64,000 nt of DNA from positions 1 to 64,000 of the forward strand of contig JAKMXF010000111.1 of the NCBI GenBank assembly GCA_024704765.1, given 5' to 3'. Of the stretch, positions 49,801-61,400 are shown one piece after another (within the stretch, counting starts at the first letter, position 1; each line of letters opens with the position of its first letter). The notes beneath the pieces are model-generated. The model saw only the letters and a program-made list of their open reading frames with translations. It was not told the origin of the DNA and searched no databases. The stretch comes from Oopsacas minuta (lineage: Eukaryota; Animalia; Porifera). Both the position numbers and the translations under genes were made by a program.

Positions 49801-51094
49801 TTTTATAATAGCTAAATAACATACTCATATTCTCTCTCATTCTCCTCAATTCACGATCCTTATCTGATAAAATCTGTGCTATATCTTTATCTTTGGCTAG
49901 CTTTATATTAGTTTCTAGGGTCAAATACATTTCTTGTCTCTCTACCTCCCATTTCTTGATGTTATGTGTTTTCTCAGCCTAAGGGAATACAATGCATAAC
50001 AACCGAGATGAGAAGATGGAATGTGGTGAGTGAAACCTCCACAAACCGGCCTGTGAAGACGGAACTTCTGGAAACAGAGCGAGTTCTTAGTCCAGTTTAA
50101 ATGAACCTGCACAAACAGGGAAACGGGGTAGCATTTTTCGGCGTCCCTGGCACCCCGTTTGTAGAGATTACACTGTACATAACAACCAAGATAAGAGGAT
50201 GGAATGCTGTTGTATTTTAAAAGACATCAAATATATGCCTTCATTAATACTCGACCGCAAGCATAATACTATTCCCTTTGACGTTTTAACAGGGTATGAC
50301 AGTTAACATGCTAAAAATCCTGAATCTCACAAAAAATGGCACAGTTTTAGAATATGTTATAACAGATAATATTGTGGAGTTTAGTGGAGAGTAAGTTGAT
50401 TCGTGCAAAACATGAACAAACAAATAAACCAATAATTATCAGTTGCGACATAAAGTACGCAATTATGCTATCAGTATTGCACTGAATTATTTTAATAGAG
50501 AAATGCTTACTACCTGATAAAAGTACATACACGTGTTGGTTGTACAATTTAATACGGAAGATGAACAAAATAGCGAAAGTATATAGGTATAAAGGAGAAC
50601 GCTATGCAAATGATGACATACAGTCAACTCCCATTATTTTGGACACGGATAATTTAGAATACACGCTCTTACGTATCGAAGTAATTATCGCGGTCTCTTG
50701 AGCTTGGAATTACGGAAGTTGACTGCAATATTTCTTCTATAAAGTCTTTAGCTCCTGGCAATAGAAAATTTCACAGGAATGTGTACGATAAAAGACATTA
50801 GAGTTAAATAAAACTTTTACATTAAGCTGCACACCCGACGGTAATTGTCCTCACACCCTGAAATTGTCATTCCTCAATCTATCATAGTTTTGGCTGTGGA
50901 GACGACACGGAGAAATAGCCCCCATTTCAATAACAGTATATAAAGTATATTTGGAAACATACCAAGAGTTTCTGATCCCACTCAGCATTTAGTCGACTGA
51001 CAGCCCTCCTTTTATCTTCTATAGCATCAACAACCTTCCTCCGTAGACCTTCTATTTCCTTCTGGAGTTGTAAATTCCTTACTTCATTTGCCAT
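43882..51094 (-). CDS. JAKMIP-like long coiled-coil protein (about 10 exons)
   Basis: MANEVRNLQLQKEIEGL start and SAIRNSDLEKANTIKFL segment recall the JAKMIP N-terminal region (from memory, not searched). Junction AGLK|DELSIL is phase-consistent. Ends ...SKTTLV*. Confidence 0.65.
50028..50175. mobile_element. MITE family 2 (TIR CAGTGTAACCTCCACAAACGG, TA flanks)
   Basis: agtgaaacctccacaaacc...ccgtttgtagagattacactg|ta. Related copies at about 10461-10544, 11027-11130, 16369-16504, 25052-25168, 27763-27839, 32686-32800, 42692-42894, 44773-44904, 47165-47264, 57557-57730. Confidence 0.88.
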
Positions 51095-52232
51095 ACTACT
51101 CGTTTAATATAATCAAGAATAATAATGACTGTTTACACAAGTTCACTGCAATTTATATAGTCAAAGCAATATAGACGTAACAAGATCCTCAAATTATCAC
51201 CGATAAAATTAGTGTATGGCCAATTCTTATTTAATCCGATAGCACAAAATGTATATTATAGCCCCTGCTTACATTGGTACACGTCAAAGAGCATGAACCT
51301 CCTTATAATTGAGCTTAAACAAGTGACACACAGATTACAAATATAAGACTGTATATTACCCTGCAAATCCTCTAACTAGTCGATATTAATATGTATTAAG
51401 AACGTGCTCCTAAAAGATAAATGGCACAGCGAAGTTGAAGATATATATCGCCATTAAATGCTGAGCTGTATCAAGTTGCATGTAATTACGTAGAAGCCTA
51501 CAAGTTTAATTCTCATGTTCCTAATATAATCTAGACCACATAATTACCATCAGATTAGAAATATAATTCAAACGGAAAATGTGCGTAGAATTATCGTATC
51601 TTTATCAAAGTCATTTCAAATAAATATTTAGTTCCAGTCAGGCGAATTAAATTCCTATCCCACTACTCGTGGGCAAATTATCCTTAACTCCAAATAATTG
51701 CAAAGAAATTAGTCTCTTAGGTAGAAAGAGGAATTTAAAATATGTATGTCGGAGAAGGTAATAAAATTGTCCTAAAGGACGAGCTATATGTAAGCAAAAT
51801 ATCTGAATTGCCTAGCACATATTGCGTTAATTAACTGTATTAATATTTCCCTAGAAGGGAATTAGATGTAGCCACATGATTATGGCACCAAGACCAAGTA
51901 AGTGATGTTGGTAATATTACTAATATAATATGAGACCAAGGATATACATATAAGTACATTAGAACAGACCATAAATGGCAGCAACGTAGAAATAATAGAC
52001 ATTTAGATTGTTAGGAGGTTTTTATAATTATAAGGAATGTTCTTATTCAACAAATTAATGATTTAGAAATACAGACAAGATAAGCTAAATAAATAATTCT
52101 ATCATATCAAATGTAATATCTACACAACACAAGTACTAACTGGACAGAGTAAATAATAGAGTACAATTCAAGAGTGAAATACTGTAACAAATAATATGAT
52201 AAATAAGAGGTTAGTGTACTAATCTATAAAAG

Positions 52233-54881
52233 TTACCAAGCTTGGGGAGCTTCCGCTGTTCTCATCTGGGTGAGGACCGGAGTAGGTGTCATTTCAATAT
52301 TGTCATTTTGATACGTGTAATTTGGCGGGGGCTGAAAATTCGAATCGAGGTAACCGTGAGTAGCGGGCGCGGTCGGTTGAGGAAAATTAGGGTCCGGTCT
52401 GAATTCGTCAGCCGCTGGCACACCCGAATGATCTTCCTCCTGAAACCATGATTCATGCTCACGACGTACAGCGTAACGCGCGACTATAAAAGAGAATATC
52501 CCAGACAGAAGCATAAAGATCAAAGCCCAACCTAAACAGAACCACAAGGCATTAAAATTTCTCAAAACTCCCAAACAAATAACATCAACTACAGCCGTAT
52601 AGAAGTCTGTTAAGAAACGACATTGTGGGATGTTATCCCTGACATATGCCAAATAACTCACAGCATTATCTTCTAATGTACCAACAGATGCATCAATAAG
52701 ACCATTCGTTAGAGAAGAGAGATTCGCAGCAAATTGTGTTACAGTCTCAAAAGCATTTGTAAGCGTTGCATTAACCTCGTTAAGACCATTAGTTAGATCG
52801 TTTAAATTAGTCATAATACTTCCTAGTCTAATATTAGCCATTGGCACTAGGTTATTTTCAACATTATCTAGACGAAGTAGCAGTGAAACAGCTGATGCTC
52901 TTAGGGCGTTGAGTGGAGTAGGAGAAGAATCAATCTGAGTAATCAATGCCATAATCGGGGCCCTGGCATTGTCGATACTCTGCGTAACAGCTGTAGTGTC
53001 TAAATCAGTGATTAGACTATTCGCAGTATCAAAATTGTAGTCACCAGTATTATACATTTCAATAGCATTCATATAGCTGTCGATTATACCATTAGATATG
53101 ACGTCAGGATTTATTTGTGTAGTTAGATTACTTACTTCGTTGTTAATCAGATCACTAACATCGTTAATAATACGATTAGCAAGTTCGTCTGCTTGCAATG
53201 CACTGAGTAGTGTTTCTCCATTTTGGCAGGCCTCAAAGATGTATGAAATATTAATCTGTAGAGATATATTACCGAATTCTCCGGCGTCTATTTGTGGAGA
53301 GAGATTGGCTACACAAGGGGAAACATAGTTTAAGATAGATTGATCGACAAGAGGCTGGCATAGAGTAGTTAGAATAGTGCCTAGTACGAAAATCACTACA
53401 AGAACTGGAACCAAAAACCAGGTCATGAAAAAACTCAAATAACCAGAGATAGTTAGCAGTCTCGCGCCAACATTTGATACCTGTGAGCGCATAGAAGCCC
53501 TTGCATCACTGTTGTAGCCAAAAAGCGAAATCACAAGCCCAACAAGAGCGAACAAAACCGTAATAATAATCAGCACAAATACGATTATCACCACAACTAA
53601 TATTATCGTGGAAACAGTATTATACGTCTGTATAACACTAGCAGGATCTTGTCCTAAAGAACTCAAGAGATTATTAAACATGAACATGGTTAAATTCTGT
53701 CCGACTGTATCAGAAATCTGTGAGAAAGTACTGCCTATATCAAACGAGGACAAAATGTCCATATTATCAAATGTATCGCGCAATGTGTTCAACTGTGTGT
53801 CTACTCTACTTGTCACGTTATCAACTACATTAGTAAGGTCAGATGTGTCAAGACTATTCAATTGATTGACAGGGGATGATATATCCGGTACAATGCTAGT
53901 AGATAGTCCAGTATCAACATTATCAGGTACTGAACTACAATCCACACTAACTGATGCACATTGTGTACGTAGATTCATTAAGTCGGTTGTTATTTCGCCA
54001 GCGGCAGTGTTCAGCGAATTGATAAGCGCAGTTGTGTCAATCAAATCGTCTTGGAGATTATTCGCAGCTGTTTTAAGATCTTCAATTACCCCAACACTCG
54101 AGTTAAGCTCTACAACGAGACCGTCTAAACGGTTACCAAACGATGTGTCAAAATGGCCTTGAACCTGTAATATAGTAGCCTCGAAAGTAGCGTTTAATTG
54201 GGTTTGTATTGTGAATTCTAATTGATCTGTAATGCCGAATAACGATTGATTTATGAAACTGAGGGAGTTATCATAGATTGTAGGTACATTAGAGATGTAT
54301 GCGTTTAGGCTTGAGTACGATATTATACCGAATATACAGCCGAATATAGACATTACTAGCAAACCAATTAGAATCGGCGACCAAACACAAAGATTTATGA
54401 GTGTGCATTTCGGCGATATATTCTGACTACGTTCTGCTCCGCAGTTTGCACAGAAGCATCGAGAGCAAAAGACACAACAGCAGCATAAGAGGACACAAAC
54501 ACACATCAACATACCAAATACAGCAAGTATAACTATACCGATAAGCCAGGTCACGAGAGGTGAAGGATCCTCGGTTGATACTTCAAGAAACGCATTGGGA
54601 TCAGCAGCGATACAAGATGAATTACCTGCTTCTAATACAGCATCAAGAATTGGGGTTAGTCCAGTAGAAATTCCGTTAGTAATCCCGTCAGTTGATGAAT
54701 ACAAGAAATTTAGATAGGAAGGGTTGGAGAAGGCTAAGAGCGTACTGTTGGTCTGTGGAGGGGGCGGGTCGAGGATTAGAGTACCGTTAGGAAGGATTTC
54801 GTATGTTTGCTGGGTGTACACGTAGGAAAGAGTGGTGAGAAAAACCGCGAGATAGATGAGAGGTCGTACGTTTGGTGTCAT
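52233..54881 (-). CDS. PROM: Prominin (5-TM), single exon
   Basis: Signal peptide, TM1 + Cys-rich CCCCVFCSRCFC, TM2, large loop, TM3/TM4, second loop, C..L..FY..VV..IC...L..FNALWFCLGW TM5. Likely Met at 54881 directly after TTTTAG. Confidence 0.93.
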   Translation of the reverse strand: MTPNVRPLIYLAVFLTTLSYVYTQQTYEILPNGTLILDPPPPQTNSTLLAFSNPSYLNFLYSSTDGITNGISTGLTPILDAVLEAGNSSCIAADPNAFLEVSTEDPSPLVTWLIGIVILAVFGMLMCVCVLLCCCCVFCSRCFCANCGAERSQNISPKCTLINLCVWSPILIGLLVMSIFGCIFGIISYSSLNAYISNVPTIYDNSLSFINQSLFGITDQLEFTIQTQLNATFEATILQVQGHFDTSFGNRLDGLVVELNSSVGVIEDLKTAANNLQDDLIDTTALINSLNTAAGEITTDLMNLRTQCASVSVDCSSVPDNVDTGLSTSIVPDISSPVNQLNSLDTSDLTNVVDNVTSRVDTQLNTLRDTFDNMDILSSFDIGSTFSQISDTVGQNLTMFMFNNLLSSLGQDPASVIQTYNTVSTIILVVVIIVFVLIIITVLFALVGLVISLFGYNSDARASMRSQVSNVGARLLTISGYLSFFMTWFLVPVLVVIFVLGTILTTLCQPLVDQSILNYVSPCVANLSPQIDAGEFGNISLQINISYIFEACQNGETLLSALQADELANRIINDVSDLINNEVSNLTTQINPDVISNGIIDSYMNAIEMYNTGDYNFDTANSLITDLDTTAVTQSIDNARAPIMALITQIDSSPTPLNALRASAVSLLLRLDNVENNLVPMANIRLGSIMTNLNDLTNGLNEVNATLTNAFETVTQFAANLSSLTNGLIDASVGTLEDNAVSYLAYVRDNIPQCRFLTDFYTAVVDVICLGVLRNFNALWFCLGWALIFMLLSGIFSFIVARYAVRREHESWFQEEDHSGVPAADEFRPDPNFPQPTAPATHGYLDSNFQPPPNYTYQNDNIEMTPTPVLTQMRTAEAPQAW

Positions 54882-55459
54882 TCTAAAATACAAAACAAGT
54901 TACTACTACATACATACAACTTCCTCTATATATATATATATAATATCAGGACAATAGTGCTTATAGAGCAAAGATATTATGAATTATGTCATGTGATGTA
55001 TACATTGTGATAATTATTTTGGAATACACTTTTGGGATTCAGAATCATAATATGTGTATGTAAAACGGGAAATTTGTAAGGAAAATGATAGGAATAGAGT
55101 GTAGGGTGATGAAATATGGAAAATTAGCCTTTAAGTTATAACAACTTAAAAAAGGTGTGAAAAGTGATTAATCATATGAAAAATCTTAGAGGTATAGGTT
55201 TTGAAAATATCAAAATTGTAATCTGCATACTTGATTACCCCTGACCACCCATTGGAACGAATTTCTAGCTTCATTTTGAAATATAATTACCAAAAAGGTG
55301 TGAAAATTTCACGGAACCTGACAACCCATAAGAACATCACACATATACACACATTAACAATTGTTGCTATCAAAATATACAGCTAAAACAAGATATACAC
55401 ACAAACAAATAAAAATGTATTTTTCAATAGAGGGGTGTATATAATACAATAACAATATC

Positions 55460-58400
55460 TTATAAGTCCTTTTCCTGTGAGAATGAGACAGAAAGGTTTC
55501 TGAATTCATTATCTTCAACACCCGGGCTATAAGTCAGTGAAGAATCAGCTTGTGGATGCAGAGCTATATCATTATATAGCCCTTTAAAATCGGAAGCAAC
55601 TGGAAGATCATTGATGTCGTTATAAGCGGATTTCTGTATTTTCTGGGCAGAAATACTAATAGAAAGATTTGGTTCAGCTTGATATACATTCTCTTCAGCC
55701 TGCAGCCCTGCGTAATGAGGATTTGAAGTAACAGCTGGGTTATTTGCCTCTTTCACGAATTCTATACCAGCTGTCGCGTATGCTGGGTTATTGGTAACAG
55801 CTTGATCATGAGGTTGTGCATTTGCTATTTCTTCATAGTTATTTGCAACATCAAGCGATAAGTAGTGATCTTCTAAATGCAAATATATAAAGAGACAGTA
55901 CTACACAGTAAATTCTAAGAAACTGATTTTAACAACTTTCCAAATTTAGATATTGAAACCAGAAAATACTTAGAATTATGGCGCAGACAACTCGAGCAAA
56001 TAAATCAACATATAATGTAATTAAAACGGATACAATACAATTATTATTATTACACAAACACAGATTAAGCAATATTACAAAATTCGAATGAGTCTACTCA
56101 GGTAAACACGCTGAACTACGTGGTTATGAAAATATATTTGGGGCATAATTTCATACCGTTTCCCTCCACCAACACTGATTGGACTACACAAGCGATATAT
56201 TCGTTGGCTAATTCATTGTTAAATGCAAAGAATTATTGAATATTAAACCATTAAAAACAAAACTAATTCCATTTGAACAAGAAGTGATAAAAATAGTTGA
56301 AATATCAAAGTTTAGATTTCATGAATTAGTCAACTTATCGGTTCCCAATCTTGGGTCCACGGACGACAGCAAGGGTCGACAGAATATGTTAAAATAGGTA
56401 TAGGAGTCCATGAGTAGGGTTGGAGGCGAGTGACATGGATAGATATATAGACAAACTATAGAATAACACGGGTATTACCTTCTGAAGATTGTGTATTCTT
56501 CTTATTGCTTCTCTTAATAAGACAACAGCAACAAAACAATAAGAATATAAATATAACAAGCGCTATTACTAGGAAACATATCACTGGTATAACCACGTAA
56601 TATAGATAGCCTTCTACAGAGAGTCCTAAATAATGTAGCAATTGAATAAATATGATTATAATAAAGTCAATTCTCGTTATATCGGAATTTCCGCATTTAT
56701 CGAAGTCTGAAACAGTACAATATAAGTTACTAAACTCTCAAAAGTAACAAACTTCACCAGTTACGTATAACGAAGTCATTTTCTTGGTCCGTTAAGCTTC
56801 GATATAACAGGAGCTGACTGTAGTTATTAATAATGAATATAAGTCCTTTATGTGTCTAGTTTGTTAATTATAGTTCGCTCTGATTTAATACGGACGTTTA
56901 TAAGGCTCAAAGTTTCACAGATTGAACTGATAAAAGCAATGCGCTATCATACGGATGACAGTATAATAATTCAGAGCGTAGTATTTAGCTGTTCATTTGT
57001 TGTATAATACATGTAGTCATCAGTTTGGTAATTACTCATAGTTACAGCTAGAACAAACCTTGGGAAGCACCTAAAAGTGTAAGAGATAAAATAGTATAAA
57101 AAGAGATGTATTCAAAATATAGAGAAATAAATATCGAAAAATAACTTACTAATCACTTCACAAGTGAGAGGATCGATTCCTATAAAAGGAAATAACTCAT
57201 AATAACTACAAAAATGCCTCGTAAATATATGTGAACCGATAGCATAGGTAGTGCGAATTCTCACTCCTCAATGCCACACCCATATTCGCGAAATTTCTCA
57301 GAGAAGAAAATACACACTCACCATTTCCTTCGTTAACACACTCACAGAAATACGATCCGATCGTATTGGTACAATTAGCATCTGATGGACACAAATCGTC
57401 ACCTGTCGTACACTCATCCAAATCAAGCTCACAATTATTCCCAGTTGTATAAGTTGGACACGTACAATTGTATGTACCAAGATCCAGATCTACATCTTGA
57501 CACTCTCCACTGTTACAAGGGTTAGGAAGACAGCTTGTGTTGTCTATAAGAAAGTATAATGTAACTTCTATAAACGGGTGTGAGGGACGGCGAAAAATGC
57601 TAACAAGTTTCCGCCTAATAGTGGAGGTACAATTGCATTTGTATATGGGACTAGGAAATCGCTCTATTTATTTCATTCCGTTTCCAGAAGTTTCCAGCTT
57701 CCACAGGCCCTATTCGCAGAGGTTACACTGTATAGTATCTTGATAAACAGCAATAAATACAGTCAACGATCAACTTCCGTTATATCGAACACTGATATGT
57801 CAAACTCCACTTATATCAGAATAATGACAGTCCAATGAGCATCGATGTAACGGGAGTTGACTGTAGTGAGATTTTCGACTCAATCTAGTTCTCTAGCCTA
57901 AATGCTCTAGCCTTATGAATCGTAGCTTAGCTTACCATATCTACAATTCTTTCCTTTCCAAGGAGGAATACAATCACAGAAATAATCATTACGTCTATCA
58001 GAACAAGGAGCAGCGTTATGACAAGGAAAACCAGCACACTCATCAATATCTACACAATAAAATCCTGTAAAATATGCACAAAGTGTGTAGTAGAAGTAAC
58101 TAACCGATTTCGCATTGAGGTCCAGTGAATCCTGGCAGACACAAACACTCATAAGTATCTGTAACACCGTCTAAGCATTCCACTATGTTAGAGGCGTTAC
58201 AGGGATTATCAGCACAAGTGATAACTAGAAACAAGGAATAAATATATAATAATATTGCGCTAGTAGGAGACTATCAAGTTATGATCATACCATCTCTACA
58301 TAAATCTCCTGTATAACGATCATTACAGATACAGTCAAACCCAGCTAGTAAATCAAAACATTCTCCATATACTCCACATACAGAGCTAGATCCTGGGTAC

Positions 58401-61400
58401 TCTAATATGACAGCACTGAGCTCTGTCACACACTCATCAAGTTCTAGAATAATAAGATAATATACGTATTATAAAGTATAGACAAGACTCTCTTTTTTGA
58501 ATGGTAACATATTGATCCTGTACCAATTTGAGTCTCACGTTTGGTACTTTGAGTCATATTAACTCACCAGTATCACACTCTAATCCAATATAGCCATCAA
58601 GACATTCACAATTAAACGTATTAACACCATCAACACAGCTACCATTACCACAGAACACTCCCATGCAGTCATCTATGTTCTCTAAGCAAAGATCTCCTCG
58701 GAATCTATAGGATAAATAAGTAAACAAACAAATAAACAATCAAACAAACAAACAAATATCACTTACCCAACCACACATTGACAAGTGTAATTGAATCTAT
58801 TATTAACACAAGTAGCTTCATTCGCGCATTCATTTCCCATAGCACAATAGTCAGTACGATCAATACATGTATCACCCTCAAATCCTACTGTACAAGTACA
58901 GTTAAATCCTCCATGGAAGTTGGAGCATACTCCATCATTGTTACAGGGTGATAGATCACACTCATTGATGTCATCAGCACATAGTGAACCTGTATGGAAG
59001 AGAGAGGTTATTAAACTTGCCAACTCAGGAGATTTCAGGTCTTATCCAGCAGGAAATTGTGAATATTCCGGTATTTGCAAGGAAATCTCGGAAAAGATTT
59101 TCCATATTTTGCGAATTTCTGGATATTTTCTGGTGGAAAAGGAGGAAAATGCGTGGAAATTGTAGAAGTTGGTACGTATTAAATAAAAATGTAGATATAT
59201 ATAGAATTGGGCAAATAGACCGCAATATTCTTGGGTAAACATGTATCTTACCTTCATATCCATCTTGACATCTACATCTGAAATCATTTCCAGGGAGATC
59301 TATACACACAGCATCATTATCACAAGGATTACTACTAGGATCAGATGGACAATTGTCTGTATTATCTCCACAGTAAGCACCAGAATAACCATCACTATAA
59401 ATAGAGAATTAACATAACTTTATGCATGAAAGTATATACAGAACATTGCGGTTAATAGAGCCACCACCGGTTAATCAGGCCAACACCTAATCGGGTCAAA
59501 ATGGTCTACTGTATTTGATAACTTACAGGCAACTACAGTTAAAGAAAGGCTCAGCTCCATCAGTATCACAGGTAGCGCCATTTAAACAAGAGTTGAAATC
59601 AACAGAACAATAATCAGGATTAGGATGATCAATTGCAGCTAGATAATACAAAAATTTTATAATATTAGTATAATCAAATCAAGTACTGTCCGTATACACA
59701 AATACATATGATTAATTGGAAGATCACAAGAGAGGGTAATACCAGTGATATGTGTATATATAGGCAGTTGTTCCCAACCTGGCTCCATGGGTGAAATCTC
59801 CCTCACAGATACAATTAACATTTCGAATAATCGAATCATAGATCACAGAGAATTCTAACTTACCAAGTGAGCAATTCCTTCCAACATAACCCGCATCTGT
59901 ACAATTGCAAACATATCCATTAACAAAGTCTATACAATCTCCAGTCACACAGGGATCTGGATGACACTCATTGATTTCTATATAGAAATAAAATCGAATA
60001 TTCTAGAATAAATAACTTGAAAATATTCGGGAAGATACCAAATTTCTATAATACATCAATACATAAACTCGTATTTCAATAAATAATAAACTGATTCAAG
60101 GTAAAGGCACAATAACCTCTACAAAAGCAGCAGGAAGATTACCAACTGAGCCATCTAATTCCCCCTCATACCATTCTTCATTCAACTTTTTCAATAAGCA
60201 AATCATATCGCCAGCTTTGAAACACAAATCTCCTGATACGTTTTCATTATAATCGTACAATGCTTTAGCTCTTGGCAGAAACTCGTCATGAAATTGAGTA
60301 GTCTTTGTGCTCGTTTTAACTGGAGAAATCTCATGAGCTGTTTTTGGAGTCGTTTCAATTGGAGAAAAATCCAGTTTTTCCTCTATAAATCCGATAGGAA
60401 AAATACCTTTTAACCCATTCAATTCACCCTGTAGCCACTCATCATTCACACTAGTTATATTATGAATGACGTCACCGATATTAAAGCTAAGATCACCATC
60501 AGTCCCGCTGGCAAACTCATAAATAGCTGTACCAATGTAGCCCGTGGGAGCGGGGATTTTAGGGACGGGTTCGGGTTCTTTTACAAGTTCCTTCTCGGGT
60601 AGTGCTTCTATTATTTCGATGAATCCCTCGGGGAAAATTCCCTCTTTATTCCCGACAGCTAACGACCCTTTATACCACCCACCATCAAGTTTATCAAGCA
60701 AATACACATAGCTATCTTTCACAAGAGGGAGGTCACCTGCTTGATCACCCGGAAAATCGAATATTACCTTCGCGCGTGCGCCAACCATTAGGTCTTCAGG
60801 AGCCGGGGGACCCTCTTCGAGGTCAGTGACAATTTCAACCTGTGCCTTCGGGAACATCCCAACCGCGTGGGTGCTTTCACACTCCCCCTCAATCCATTTA
60901 TCACTCAAGTACCTTATAAGGAAAATGACGTCACCCTTTTTAAAACTAAGATCACCATCAACAACAGAATTATAATCATGCATAGCAACAGCAAACGGTT
61001 TATCAGCTGATATAATTTGCCCGCCTTCATCAGGGATTCTACGCACTATTTTTATATTACTCCCTAACACGAGTCCTTCACTGTCACCCTCATTAGCGCA
61101 ATAGTACCAATTATCGTCAACTTTCTCTAACAATATTAAAAAATCTCCTTTGGAAATGGTTAGCATATCTGGTTGATTTGTTGGGTAGTGAACTAGTGCA
61201 AAACCGTGTGGTTCGGAACACACATATTTATATAGGGGGTGTCCAGGCTCGGGGCGTGGTGGGAGCGAGGGAGCCTTGCGGGCGGATTCGTCATGGGGAC
61301 GTTGTTTCAACGGGGGAGCATTAGGTTTTAAAGGCTTAGGGTTTCCTGGTCGTGTGGGCTTTGCGGGGGCGGAATGTTTCACCGGCGCTATAGCAGGCTT

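Noticed and set aside
42701-50568. Short ORFs at 42701-42979, 43393-43662, 44811-44996, 45928-46194, 49617-49808 and 50347-50568
   Set aside because: They lie in MITEs or AT-rich intron/intergenic DNA and have no coding features.
52233-54881. Prominin or MIA3 as additional nested genes
   Set aside because: The flanking genes have their own stop (55460, 38228) and plausible start (51094, 32919), so no host intron is supported. Non-coding upstream exons cannot be excluded.
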